DNA of 64,000 bases from Azolla caroliniana. Lineage: Eukaryota > Plantae > Polypodiophyta. Made by a program: the position numbers and the translations under genes. Position 1 is the stretch's first letter; the number at the start of each line of letters is the position of its first letter. Below, piece after piece: positions 39,001 to 52,661 of the stretch. The stretch is taken from assembly GCA_043228905.1 (NCBI GenBank), contig JBHGNT010000002.1, positions 12,400,001 to 12,464,000 on the forward strand. The letters run 5' to 3'. The notes under the pieces were generated by a model. It saw only the letters and a list, made by a program, of their open reading frames with translations. It did no database searches and was not told where the DNA came from.

Positions 39001-42000
39001 CAACAGTTATGTTCATACAACAATATGACAACTCTCTATACTTCTGTGATTGCCCTAGGTCATATTTATACTCATATGAACTTAGGGCTATTTACAAATA
39101 TAGCCTCAATAGGCTTACTCAAAACATATTTACAAATATGTCTTCTCTTTCAATTCTCACTGGGTCCTCTTCATTTATAACCGGATCCCATTTGGAGGGA
39201 CCAACTTCTCAACAATCTCCCCCTTCACTCTGGCATGGGATGTCTCGTCAAACTGATCTGCTTTCCGCACGCATCCAGCTTGTCGGTTGTTAACACCTTG
39301 GTCAGCATATCCGACCCGTTCTCCTCCGTGTGGATCTTCGTCAGCATGAACTCTTGATCTTCTACTTTCTCCCGGATCCAGTGGTACCTCCGCTGGATAT
39401 GTTTCGTCCAGGAATGGTAGGCCGCGTCCCTCACAAGGTGGATGACACTTTGACTGTCGTAGTAGAGCCGGTATTCCTCCTGTTGGATCCCTAGCTCTTT
39501 GATGAAGTCCTTCATCCAGATTATCTCCTTGCCGGCTTCGACAACTGCCATGTACTCTGCCTTTGTGGTTGATAACGCAACCGTCTTCTGCAGCCTCGAC
39601 TACCATGAATCAACTCCCCCTGCATAAGTCATGACATATCTGGATGTATCCGCATCAACTATCCGAATTGGTGAAGCCTTCCAAGAGGGGTTTACTGGAG
39701 CCGAATCGGAGGCACATACTCGAGGTGCCTTTCAAATACCAAAGTACCCACTTTACCGCGTTCTAGTGCTCTCGTTCGGGATTGCTCATGAACCAGCTCA
39801 CCACTCCAACTGCATATCCGACATCCGGCCGGGTACATACCATGACATACATCAAGCTTCCAACGGCAGAAGCATAAGGTATCTTCATCGTATCCGTCTT
39901 CTCTGACTTTGTCCTTGGGCTTTGTTTTCCAGATAGCTTGTAGTTTGTCGGAAGTGTCGATCCGACCGGTTTCGCCTCCGACATGTTGAACCATTGAAGT
40001 ACCTTTGTCACGTACTTCTCCTATGACAACCACAATAGCTTCTTCGACCGGTTCCAGATGATGTGCATTCCTAATATCTATCTTGCCGGACCCAAGTCCT
40101 TCATTAAGAAGGTTTGGTTTAGAGCCTTCTTCAGCATCCGAATCTTGCCTTGGTCTCGTCCGAAGATCAGCATATCATCCACATATAGGAGGGGTATTAG
40201 GAAATCTCCTCCGTCAAATTTCTTCACAAACACACAATGATCGGCCTGTGTCTTGTGGTACCCTTGGTCGGTCATGAAGGAGTCGAACTTCCAGTACCAT
40301 TGTTGGGGAGCTTGCTTCAGTCTGTATAAGCTCTTCTTCAACCGGCACACCAAATGCTCCATCCCTTTCTTCACAAATCCTTCTAACTGCTGCATGTAGA
40401 TATCTTCTTCGAGGTCACCATGGAGGAACGTCGTCTTTACTTCTAGTTGCTCTACCTCAAGGTCCATGCTTGCCGCTATGCTCAGCACCGTCCGGATAGA
40501 AGTCATCTTAACTATCGAGGCAAAGTTCTCGTCGAAATCCACTTCTTTCTTCTACTGGAATACCTTCACCATGATCCGGGCTTTGTATATTAGTGGGTTT
40601 CCTGCATCTCCGATTTTAGCTTGTACACCCACTTGTTCCAGAGTGCCCTCTTTCCTTTCGGCAACTCAGTCAGTTCATGCGTGTGGTTCTCATGTAGGGA
40701 ATCCATCTCGTCCTACATGGCACTCAACCACTTGGGGTGTGGGTATCTTTCTTTGTTTCTTCGAAACTTTTTGGCTCCCCCTTATTGGTCAACAATACAT
40801 GCTCTGCATTCGGAAATATCCAGGGGGCTCTTCTCTCTCAGAAAGGATATCTCCGGCCTTGGTTTCTGATTACTGGTTCCTTTGTTTGCTTCGAATCCGA
40901 ATCCGATTTGGGATCTTGTCCGGTTCCGGTGTCTTCTTCTTCTTCTTCCGACTCCCAATTGGCAATGGTCCTGTATTCCATGAAGACTATGTCCCGACTC
41001 TGAAACACCTTCTTGTCGACCAGATCCCACACCTGCTAACCGAACTCATCATCACCACATCCAAGGAATATGCATGGTCTAGACTTCAGATCCATCTTTG
41101 CTCTCTTGTCCTTTGCAACATGCACATATGGGAGACACCCGAACACCTTCAAATGCCGGTAAGACACGTCCATATCGGTCCATACTCTCTATGGTGTATC
41201 TACATCCAAGGGTACTGAGGGTGATCTATTTATCACGTAAGTTGCCGTCATCAGCGCCTCAACCCAAAACAGCTTGGGTAACTTTGCATGTGCCAACATG
41301 CTCCGGACTCTCTCCATCACGGTCTGGTTCATTTGTTCGGCTAGCCCGTTCAATTCCAGTGTCTTCGACACATTGAATTCGAGCCGGATTCCCTTCGACT
41401 AACATTACTCCTCAAACTGCCCCCGATATTCTCCTCCGTTATCTGCTCGAACCGCCTTCAGCTTCCAGCCGATTTCTCTTTCCACTCTCGTGTGGAGCTC
41501 CTTGAAGACGGATAACACTTGAACCTTCGTCTTCAGTGGTGAGACCCACAAATTTTGGTTGTGGTCATCTATGAACGTCATGATGTACTGTGATCTGACA
41601 TGTGACTTCGTGTCCACTTGACACACATCAGTATGCACCAGCTCCAGTGGTGCATTTCGTCTATCGGTGATCTTGACCGGAAGGAGGTTCGGTTTTGCTT
41701 GCCGGCCAAGCAATCAGTGCACTTCTCAAGATGCACGTCTTTCACCTCCAAAATGAGGTTGTCTTCGGCAAGTCTTCTCATCCCCTTCTGGCTCATATGA
41801 CACAGTCTCTTGTGCCACAACTCACCGACAATGTCGGATGCTACGTTCACTTCTTCCTGGCATATCCGGCCATGCATCACATATAGCATGTTGATCTTCC
41901 GGGCTCGAGCCACAATTAGGCTTCCTTTGCTGGATGCTACTCGTGTAGCCTTCATCATCTAGCCGACCGGCTGATATCAGGTTCAGTTGAACCTCCGGAA

Positions 42001-43727
42001 CGTGTCGGACATCCTTTAACAACAACTTGCATCCGGTTTATGTCTTCAACAACACATCTCTTATGCCGACAATTCAGCATGTACCTTTATTCCCCATCCG
42101 GACACAACCATGATCTCTAGCTATGTAGGATGAGAAGCATCTCCATTCCGGTGTAAGAGGGAACGATGCTCCGGAATTGACAACCCACGTTGTCTCGTTG
42201 CCGATAAGGTTTAACTCATTCTCCTTGGTAATGAGCGTCAGTTCTTCTTCACTTGTCGTGATTTCCGACATTTCCTTCCGATCCGACCCTTTCCGGTCCG
42301 AACTGTTCTTCGAATCGGCATTGTTGATTCCTTTCTCTTTCCAGAAATGTCGACAGTTCTTCTGGAAGTGCCCCGATTTCCCACAGTAGAAGCAAGTAGG
42401 CCTTCCCCTTTACTTCAACCTCATCCCCGATTTGTCCCAGTTTTGGGGACTCCGATATTGGCTTCTTCCCTGGTTGTGGTCATCTTCTGTAACCAAGACC
42501 TTTGGATTGGTTCCGGACTCCCGGTCCTTTCAGTGAGCTTCTTCATCTAGCAAGCTTGATTTTACCCTTGCTAGGGAAAACTATTTTCCTTCTCGCCCGA
42601 CGTTGCCCAGCGTGACAACTAGTGTCTCCCAACTATCCGGGAGGGAACCGAGCAGGAGTAATGCAAGTACCTCATCGACGAGAGGTACTTCCAACGAGGT
42701 TGCTTGGTTTATCAATCGCTGGAAGACATTCATGTGCTTTGCCATACTGGAGCCGTCTTGGTGTTGGAGCCTCACTAGATTCTGGAATACCGAAACCCGA
42801 TTAACAACATTCTTGTTCTGGAACATGATGCCGATCTTCTCCTAGAGTTCATGAGCCTTACTTTCTTCATTGAAATTGTTGTACAGGCTCATGTCGATGA
42901 AGCACCGGATGTATGTCGTCGTCCTCATGTGCATCACCTCCCACACTGTGGCGTCGATCTTATCCGGCCTCTTGTCCCCGAATTGAACTGGCAACCAAAG
43001 ATCTTTAACCACAAGAATATCCCTCATCTTCAACTTCCACACTATGTAGTTGGAGCCGGTGAGCTTGAACATGCCGCCGAACGATTCTTCCAGTTCCTAT
43101 GTTGTTCGCTCTAATACCAGTTTGTAGGAAATAACACGGAATATTGCTCGGCCACAACTGAGTCTTAAATCACTTCGATAAGAATCAAACATAGTAATTG
43201 GGTTGGAGATTAGTACATGTACATGCATGAACAATAGAGGGTACACAAGATGTTTACGTGGAAAACCCTAATAGGGAAAAACCATAGGAGCCCACAGACT
43301 CCAAACTATCACTATATAGGAAAGGTACAATCAGAGACTCGGAGGCAACAACCTCGAGCTTTGTATCTTCGCCAAGCGGCGATTACAACAGAGCATCGGT
43401 CTGTATCTCTCTCTCTCTCTCTCTATCCAACAATTATGCACATACAACAATATGACAACTCTCTATACTTCTGTGATTGCCCTAGGTCATATTTATACTC
43501 ATAAGAACTTAGGGATATTTACAAATATAGCCTCAATAGGCTTACTCAAAACATATTTACAAATATGTCTTCTCTTCTAGTTCTCATCGGGTCCATCCGA
43601 TCCGGTTTCCGTATCTCTTCCGGTCCTCACCAGGTCCATCCGATCCGGTTTCCGGATCTCTTTTGATTCTCACTGGGTCCTCTTTGCTCATAACCGGATC
43701 CCATCCGGAGGGACCGACTTCCCAACA
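38662..43727 (-). mobile_element. Full-length decayed copia element (Tnt1/Tork-like), TSD CTATA
   Basis: LTRs 38662-39214 and 43123-43727 (TG...CA); CTATA at 38657-38661 and 43728-43732; PBS tggtattagagc at 43108-43119 minus; PPT gtgaagggggagat; gag MFKLTGSNYIVWK, integrase DNGGEY, RT LYVDDML, all with stops. Confidence 0.95.
38951..38998. repeat. (CT)n microsatellite inside the LTR
   Basis: Long ctctct tract; the matching position in the other LTR (~43406-43424) is shorter. Confidence 0.95.
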
Positions 43728-44634
43728 CTATATACCTGCCTCCTTAAATGATAAGACCTACGTACCCAATGATCAGTATTTTCTGGGATTTGTTCTAAAT
43801 CTGGAGGAAAATCAGTTTTAGCACGTTCTGTCTGCCATGATGTTCAACATCTATATTTTGTTGTTCAGTATCTTCATATCGTTGTCCAACACCTTCATGA
43901 GCATCTCTTTGTTGTCCAACTTCTTCTAGCTCAAGGATAACTGGTTGATCATCTTCATATTCAACCTTTGGTATAGCATCATGAGGTTTATTTTTAGATT
44001 TTTTGGATGCCTGTAATTGCTGAAACGTAATGCTCTTAGAGGTCCCAACAGAGGAATAAGTATTTTTCAGCAATTTTTCTTCATTAAAAACAACATCCCA
44101 GCTGTTTACAATTTTTCTAGACTGAGGTAACCAAATCCTATAGCCCATAAAAATACCCATGGTGGACTTAGCATCGAGCTTGTTTCTCATCTAACTTCTA
44201 ATGTGTACAAATGCATCACAACCGAAAAATCGTAAATGGTCATATGAGGCTGGTTTGCCAGACCAAACCTCCTCAGGGATTACATTCTTTAAGGTGTTGG
44301 GAGAATGATTACATATATGAATCGTTGATTTTAATGCTTCTCCCCAAAATTCATGAGAAAGATTAGTTGTGGACAACATGCACCATACTCGCTCACACAA
44401 TGTCCTATTATACCTTTCTGCCACCCCATTTGATGAAGGGTTATATGAAGTTGTAAGCTCTCTTTTAATACCATGTAAGTCACAAAAGGACTTAAATTCT
44501 GCAGATGTAAACTCACCCCCATTATCTGTTCAAAGACATTTCAGTTTTGTCCCTTTTTGGGTGGTCACAAATGCATGAAAAGATTTAAATGCATCAAATG
44601 CATCACGTTTTTTTTTCATGAAGTACACCCAAAT

Positions 44635-45165
44635 CTTCCTAGAATAATCATTGATAAAGGAAATAAAATATGCAGCACCGCCCAACTACAGGCATGCTAC
44701 ATACATCATCAGAATGCACCAAATCTTGCACATTTGGTTTACGAGGGACACCTGAATAATAAGAATTTCGCACTTGTTTGCCAAATAGACGATCATTACA
44801 AAAAAAACCAACTTCCTAGAATAATCATTGATAAAGGAAATAAAATATGCAGCACCGCCCAACTACAGGCATGCTACATACATCATCAGAATGCACCAAA
44901 TCTTGCACATTTGGTTTACGAGGGACACCTGAATAATAAGAATTTCGCACTTGTTTGCCAAATAGACGATCATTACAAAAAAAACCAACTTCCTAGAATA
45001 ATCATTGATAAAGGAAATAAAATATGCAGCACCGCCCAACTACAGGCATGCTGCATACATCATCAGAATGCACCAAATCTTGCACATTTGGTTTACGAGG
45101 GACACCTGAATAATAAGAATTTCGCACTTGTTTGCCAAATAGATGATCATTACAAAAAAACTAAC
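44635..45165. repeat. 177-bp unit in 3 tandem copies within copia integrase
   Basis: cttcctagaataatcattgataaagg at ~44635, 44812 and 44989. Confidence 0.93.
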
Positions 45166-45522
45166 TTTCCTCCTTTAATGTCAAGTCTTTTTAGAGCAAA
45201 AAGGACTTCAAGTCCTTTTTGACTCATATGTCCTAATCTCTTATGCCAAAGCTCTAAACGAGAATCAAATTCAGCAATAGCAAGAAACCTTCCATGTAAA
45301 GCTTTACATTGCAAACAGTAGAGAGTGCCCTTTTGGCAACCTGTCACAATAACCATAGATCCTTTCTTAAGATTCCACAATCCACCACGGAGTAATGTGG
45401 TGTAACCATGCAAACCCATCTGTCCTACAAGTAGCAAACTTTTCTTAATGCCAAGTATATACCTGACATCTTTGAGCACGAGCTCTTGACCATTATCCAA
45501 AGACAAGTGTATGGTGCCAAAA

Positions 45523-47150
45523 TTTTCAGGGATAGTACTAGAGGCAAGGAGAATTAGTACTAAAGATAGAGGTGAAGAATTAGGATTAGTACTAAGAAGG
45601 GAAAGAGTGTGTGAGAATCACGTCAGAGAGAGAGAGAGAGAGATAATGATGACAACAAGAAGTATATTATATTATATGAAGAAAGATACAAGAACAATTA
45701 GGAGGCTTAGGACTGGCGTTCTCAATAATGTCATGTGCCTCTTTTTATAGTTTGTTTAGGAGTACTCTTGATATTTCTAGAATGTTCAAGAGAAATCTAG
45801 AATATACACGGATTTCCTAAGTGAAATAATAAATGAAAACAATATTCTTCATATTACAATGTATAGCTTAATGGTAGGGTTTCAACCAATATGACACAAG
45901 GTCATGGGTTCAAATCAATTTGAAGTCACACCATACTATATCATGACACTAACGAGTGTTATGAGTCGTCTTAGATTGAGAACCTGGTTTGTCGGGATAT
46001 TGTCAATGGAAGTCCTCTATAAGAGCTTGAACATTTGCTACATTCTCGACTGGTTCCCAAGTATGCTCTCTTAGACTATAGCCTACCCAATCGATCATAT
46101 AATAGAGCTTGTTGCGAACAATCTTGGAATCGAGGATGGAAGCAACTTCGTACTCCAGTTCTCCTTCAAGCTCGATTGGGGGTGGAGGTGGTGTAATACG
46201 ATTCAGAATAGTGTTGTCTTGATATGGTTCGAGAAGACAACTATGAAAAACCGGATGTATCCATAGTTGCGGAGGTAGATCAAGATGAAAAGTGACATCA
46301 TTAATTTTTCCGATAATAAAGGACCTAATCGACGATAATCTAATTTATCGCATGGTCGAGTAGTCTTGATGTGTTGTCGTAATAGCCATACCCGATTTTC
46401 AATGTTTAAACAGGATGGAAGTCAATGACAATCCACATAATCCTTCTGTGTTTGTTGAGATTGATGTAAATGGGTAGATAGGTCTGCCTATATCTTGTGT
46501 AGCTGCTGCAAATGATCATCTACATGAGGATTTGTGGGTAACTCTGGAGTTTTGAACACACATCACCGAGGATGATAGCTTGTATAAGCATAAAATGGTG
46601 TAACCCTATACGATGAGTGGATAGAGTTATTATAAGCAAATTCGGCAAAGTGGAGAATATCCGCCCAATCATATTGTTGATAGCTTAGAAAACACCAAAG
46701 ATACTATTCCAACGTTTGATTTGTTCATTCTGCTTGTCTATTTGTTTGAGGGTGATAGCCGAAGGAGAGGTTACAAGTGACTTTGAGCATTTTGAAGAGA
46801 TGCTTCCAAAATTTCGAGACGAAATTCAGGTCCACAGTCGCTGATGATAATATCTGGGAGGCCATGATGCCGAAATACCTCACACATGACAAATTTGGTG
46901 TTTTCTTCACTAGTGATTTCCTTAGTAAGAGGCAAGAAATGTGCCATCTTAGTATATCGATCTACTACTGTTAAGATGGTATCGAATCCCTTTGAAACTC
47001 GAAGATTTGTGATAAAATCTAGAGAAATGGGCTGCCACGGCTTGCTTGGAATTGGTAATGGTTCCAATAAACCATATGGACGACGTCTTGGCATCTTTGC
47101 TCTATAACATGTATCACATGTCCGAACATAGTCTTCGATAAATCATTGCA
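45523..47150 (-). mobile_element. Decayed chromovirus 3' fragment (integrase, chromodomain, partial LTR 45523-45948)
   Basis: PLPIPSKPWQPISLDF, YHPQTNRQAE and a chromodomain EYEVASILDSKIVRNKLYYMIDWVGY...TWEP at ~46040-46170 minus; TGTCATG begins at 45948 on the minus strand. Confidence 0.85.
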
Positions 47151-49980
47151 AGGAGATGATGTTCTAGTTCACCTGCATCGGTGTAGTTGACGTAGTCGAG
47201 GCCCAGTTGGTAGAACTTTGTTAGCCTTCAAACTCGTCTAGACATTCTAGGTGCCGAATTGATCAGTTCGGATACTTCGATCGGCTCTGCCGGCCGATCG
47301 ACATTTTCTCCCTGGGGATGAATGTGTAGGCTTTGCATCCGAATATGTGAACCTATCATAGGACGATTGTTTGCCTGACCATAGTGTCTGTGTCACTTCG
47401 AGCCTGATTGCTTTGGATGGTGATAGATTTATCAAGTAAACGGTCATCTCCAATGCTTCGTCCCAGAACTCCAGCTTTATTTTAGCTTGCTGGAGCATTG
47501 TCGTCACCCTTTCTTGGATCGTTTGGTTGATCCGTTTTGCCACTCCATTCTGCATGGGTTTGTATGGAATGGTCTTTTGATGCAAGATCCCTTTGTTGGA
47601 CATGTATTGTTTGAAGGCTCGGGAAGTGTACTCACCTCCATTGTCGGACTGGAGCGTCTTCACTCTGTATCCTGATCAGTTCTCACCTTCAGCTGTCCAC
47701 TGGGTGAAGATCTCAAGTACTTCTTCTTTTAACTTAATTGAGCAGGTCGAGACCTTCCCTGTACAATCATCTACAAATGTGATGAAGTATCGGGAGATGC
47801 CTAGTGATCGCTTGGGCATAGGCCCACATATATTTTTGTGCACGAGCTTTAGGGGCTATCATACCGTCTGATAATGGAAAGAATGCAGACGTCGGGTCAA
47901 TTTCCCATAGCAACAATGCTCGCAGAAGTCCGTCTTCACCAGGAGTTTAGGAATGTAGCCGACCGCCATTAGTTGGTCAAGTTCGGCTTGTGACAGATGG
48001 TCGAGTCAACCATGCTATAGGTTTGGGTCGGTCGATTCGGCTATGTTCACAGATTGCCATTTTTGGATACAAGTTATTGTATGTGTGTCTGTTTCCAATC
48101 TTTAGATTTCCTTGGCTAATAATCCATGTTGACTCACTCAGAGTCGCCGATGGAGACCATACTTCTTTTTAGCGCGGGTACATCTTGAACTTGGTGCAAG
48201 GTGATCATATTGGCATTTGACAATCGGATTGGTACTTCGCCAATTCCTACAATTCTACACTCTTTCCCATTGCCTAGTCGGACTGTGCCGCTGGCGTTGA
48301 CCGAATAGTTTGACTGTACTTGTGTTTGTTTCCGATCTTTAGATTTTCTCGGCTAATCATCCATGTCGACTCACTCAGAGTCATTCTGTACCCATCTTCA
48401 GGTAACATGCCGATGGAGACCAAACTCCTTTTTAGTACGGGTACATACCAAACTTGGTGTAGGGTGATCATATTGCCATTTGACAATCAGATTGGTACTT
48501 CACCGATTCTTGCAATTCTGCACTCTTGACCATTGCCTAGTCGGACTAGGCCTGTCCCTACCGTACTCTAGCCTAGTAGTTTCCACCGCTTGTCCAGGGT
48601 TGAGCCCTGGGATTTGACGCATCGACCGAATAGTTCGAAAACCATTCGATGTTTGGGGTTGCGTGGAATGTGGCATCGAAGTCCAGCAGTAACCACGTTT
48701 GTGCACTGTATAGGACTTCTCCGATCAATGAGTTTTCTATAGAGAGAATTTCTCTTGACCAGTTGCCGATTGGAGACCAGTTCAAATCAGATCATCTGGA
48801 GTTCCACTTGAATGGTCGACTGGTTTCCTTCCTCTTGATTGACCAGCAGTCAGAAACATTGTGGTCGGCTTTTCTATAGTGAGTGTAGAAATCACCTGAT
48901 TGGCTATTTCTTGACTTGGACTGATCTCGGTCGCCCCTCTTACCTCGTCAATTGGTGTTCCAACCAGTTCTATTGGCTCTTTCTCTCTATTGATTGGGCT
49001 TCTACTGACTCATCGATGGCGAGTCCCATCTATTTTTCGCGAAATGTCCTCGGTGAGGACTTTCCTATTGTCTCATCTAAGTTTAGATTTGGACAACTAT
49101 TGGAAAATGTCATGAAGAATACCTTCCAACTCGCCGGCAAGCTCGAAAGGAGGGCAAGGGCCTTAACTTCTTCTTCAATGTTGATCCCTTGGGAGGAGAG
49201 TTCAGAAAACACCAGATTGAATGTGTTGATGTGGGAGGTCGATGGGTCCGACTCTCTCATCGTCATATTGAACAGTTGTTGAATGAATATGAGTTTTGGT
49301 GAGGAGGATTTTTTCTCGTATACACATGTTACTTTTCCAACAGTGAAAACATTGTCGTCTCTTTTGCCATTCTGAAATAGACGTTTTCGGTTAGATGCAT
49401 ACGAATGGTCGATCTGGCTATTTCATCCAGTGAGTACCATTCTTCTGTTGTCATCGAGGTTGGCTTGTTGGTGTGCCGTATTGCCTCGATTTGATGCCGG
49501 ATGATAAGTATATCCTGCATCTCTCCTTCCATAGGGAATTTTTTTTGTTGTCGAACTTTCTGATTTCAACCCTTGTACCGGATGTTGAAACCATGATGTT
49601 CTCTTTTGAAAGTGAGATTTTAATGATATGGTCTTTTCTTTTAGCTATTTCTATTGTTTTGTTGCCCTTGAACCGCAAGTCGCTTTGATACCACTTGATG
49701 GAAAGATGTTCGGATAGATGTGCGTAAATATGAGGACCTGTCAGTAGATATGTACATCAAACAACACATATATGCAACAAGGAAGAAAACACTAGATCAA
49801 CTCAGACTCGAGCTTCAATGGAACTTCTTTATTTCTCTGTAACTCTCTCTCTACAAGACTCATGATACAAGATTATTATAGCTACAATGTTAGGGTTGAG
49901 CTTATATACTCATGCCCTAACTAGAGGACGTGTTCACACTATGGTTACAAGGTGGAAGGTGTTGGCCTTTTATGCCAACA
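47150..49980 (-). mobile_element. Truncated copia element: LTR 49696-49980, Met-PBS, gag, protease, integrase
   Basis: PBS tggtatcaaagc at 49682-49693 minus; MVSTSGTRVEIRKFD, ALALLSSLPASW, WLLLDFDATFH, LQSDNGGEY...QNGVAKR. Confidence 0.85.
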
Positions 49981-51449
49981 ATTCTCCCTTGTAATGCTAC
50001 ATTTTGTACTTACTATTCTCCTTGTTAATATACATCTTGAGTATCTATCTTGTGTCTCTCCTCTTTCCTCTTTCACACCCACATAACACATATCTCTATT
50101 ACGTTGCAAAGAATCACACCCGATTCTTTATATGGTATTAGAGCGATTTGGTAGCTTAATCTAGCCCATCCGCGTGTGTTGTGTGTTCGATACGTCGGCG
50201 ACAAATCCGGCTATCCGCTATCGTAGTGCCACTATTGTTAACGGGTGGGGGTGAAGCCTAGAATAGCTCCACCCCCCTCCCAAGGGGGTTACGTGTGAGG
50301 GAAAGAGAAGGAAAGAGAAACAATGAGACAAACACAAAATGAGAGGGAAAAAGTTATGTTACATTATGCCCCATGGGTGGGTTTATATAGTACAAGAGGT
50401 AACCGTTACAGATAAAGAATGAGACAAGTAGGGAGTTACATTACTTACCCACTTTCTCACCTTTGTACACATGCACACAAATGTACATGTGTTCATACAC
50501 ATACACATACTCATCCTCACACACTCATTAATATTATACATACACATTAACCACTTCATTACACATACCCTTATGCCTCGCCGTATATTCTTACGTCTAT
50601 GGGACAGTGCATTGCACAGTGAACCCACTCGCTATGATAACTCTTCTCGACCGTAACTCCATCGATCGTCTGAACGACCAAAAATCCCTCAACCGGATCA
50701 TTGCTCTACGATCGATAACTTCGATCGAAGCTTTGCTTGACTCAAACCTTCTCGTTCAGTCAACACAAGTCGCGATTGGATCATATACCAATTGGCTAGT
50801 TCAATGTGGCATAGGTCGTGAAATCATGTTGTGCGTTTGTGTATTCTTTCTTTCATCATGTGAGTTGTGTTTTTGAAATTTCATGATTTTTACCCCTTGG
50901 TTTTAGAAATTTTTGTTATTATTATTTACCCTTGAGTTTTCGAAATTCTCCTCTGCCCTTGAGGTTTTGAAATTCCGTCTTCTCTGCCATTGTCATTTTT
51001 TAAAATTTTGTCAATTGCCCCTCTTTTTTTCTTCTTCTTCTATCTTTTTCTTTATGTGTCTGTCTAGCCTCTATCTTCTTCTTGTTTCCTCTTCGTCACT
51101 TTTCTGAATCTTCTCTACTTCATTCTGGAAAATCTCTGGCTTTCTGCTACTCCCTTCTTGATTGTTTTCCCTCTTTCCACTTGAATCAACCTTCCTTCTT
51201 TTCCCCTTCCTTCGACATCATCAATATCTTGCTTGACCTTCTTTTTGCTAGGAACCACATAAGGACATATCAATATAGGGCTACAAACCATTTGCTTCCG
51301 TTTCGATTCCGAACGGTGATGATTGCGACAGCGGTGGCAGCAACAATTGCTGCAACGGCGGCGATAGCGGCCGACGGGGGTTATGCCCAAGTGGCCCCGA
51401 TGCGAATAGTATCCATCGTTCTTGGCTCTCGGATTCCAATGGGGCCCTA

Positions 51450-52000
51450 AAATAGTACCCGCTTTTAGTTTCATAGAGAAGAAATTCACCAATTGTCGGT
51501 TGTCCTTAATCTTCATAGGAGAGAGGCCATTATCAATGAGGAAGACGGAGACTATGTCACCAGTGGGCATGAGATATAGATATCTGGAGCTTGAACCACC
51601 CAATGGGTACTAAAAAGTGATGGCAGTATTTGTGAAACCACTAGTTTCTGTTTGTCATTGTGGTATAATTACAAAGCCTTTTTGCTCGAGAGTAATCCCT
51701 GATCCTATGTATGCACTATAAATAAGCTTAGTGCGGTTACAAGCAGAGTGCAAAGCTCTGGTGAGGTTGCTGGAAATGCCTTCTGAATACGTGAAGATTT
51801 CATAGGGTATATTAGTCTATTGTTGATTGAAGGTTGCATAGAACATAGGTCCAACAGGCTCTTCCCTGAGGGAATAATGCCCTATAGAAACATCCTCTAA
51901 TGAGAGGCACACAGTGACAGGGTGGTTAGACGGAAGGTATTGTTCCGTGACCACAACATCTGTAGAGTAATCATAGCTCTACTAGAGGATTGAGGTAAAA
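51450..52000 (-). pseudogene. Fragment resembling a bulb-type lectin / S-domain protein gene
   Basis: atc ctc tag tag agc tat gat tac tct aca gat = IL**SYDYSTDVVVTEQYL, i.e. the WQSFDYPTDT motif with TGG/CAG>TAG. The frame runs about 170 codons with 3 more stops to SSSRYLYLMPTGDI. Confidence 0.55.
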
Positions 52001-52169
52001 TACTCCATCCTCTCCAAAAGGCCATAGGCGATGCTTCACGTACATTATGTTAGCCTTCTCTCTGGCAGGTCATCTATTTGGCAAAGCTAGCTGGCTCGCT
52101 GCCTTCAGAAACTCACCTTCTGATTCTGCTGCTTTTGCCTTCCTCAGACAGTCCTCATCCGATGTGCCG

Positions 52170-52444
52170 AAATTTTCAATAACACGAGCAGTCTTTCCTT
52201 CCATGACAGAGACACAAGAGCTAGTAGTTCCGAGATCGATACCAATGATATCACTTCCCGTGGACTTAGAGCTAGAGGCACGAGCAATGCCAAAGAGGCT
52301 CCTGGAGGGGGCCGCTGCGTGATGGTCGCCATGGAAGCCTCTGGAAGAGATTCGGTGCAGCAGAGGTGCAGGAGAAGAGGAGGAAGACGAAGAAGAAATG
52401 CGCTTCAAGAGCCTAGACGCGACGAGGGAGCCAAGAGAGGCCAT
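52170..52444 (-). pseudogene. HSP70: 5' fragment of mitochondrial HSP70 (transit peptide and start of the ATPase domain)
   Basis: Ser/Arg-rich presequence MASLGSLVASRLLKRISSS... followed by DIIGIDLGTTSSCVSVMEGKTARVIEN; homology ends abruptly. Confidence 0.88.
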
Positions 52445-52504
52445 GGCGATGACAGAGCTTGCGAGACGAGGCAGGGAGATCGGCACAGAGTGGGTTTCTG
52501 TATG

Positions 52505-52661
52505 TTCTTCTGAGGCTGTGGCTTATCCCACCTTGCAACGACTTGAGGGTGTCCATTCTCTCCTGAGCTTTCTACGACCTTGATGAGGCCTAAGTTGTCA
52601 AAAGAAATGGCACAATTGGGAGGGCATCCGGGAGCGGTGACAACATCTGTGCGAGGTATGA
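52505..52661 (-). pseudogene. 5' fragment resembling plant WDR74/NSA1 (ribosome biogenesis WD40 protein), start codon ATG>ATA
   Basis: (I)PRTDVVTAPGCPPNCAISFDNLGLIKVVES...PQVVARW resembles the plant WDR74 N-terminus MPRT...PGCPP.RAL.FD.LGL.KV.E as I recall it; telo-box AAACCCTA upstream at ~52703. Confidence 0.6.

Larger units (their letters stand above)
37591..45522 (-). mobile_element. Outer copia 'X' integrase/RT region (37591-38661 and 43733-45522), interrupted by the copia at 38662-43727
   Basis: [59 protein letters not shown] motifs; RRQVY|RYDP is rejoined across the insertion. Confidence 0.88.

Noticed and set aside
40466-41218. 250-aa plus-strand ORF
   Set aside because: Antisense shadow of copia integrase/RT with no recognisable motif.
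44557-45222. 221-aa plus-strand ORF with three 59-aa repeats
   Set aside because: It is antisense to a triplicated copia integrase segment.
52070-52486. Functional mitochondrial HSP70 gene
   Set aside because: Only about 90 codons are homologous, it then runs into unrelated sequence, and it lies inside an LTR-bounded element.
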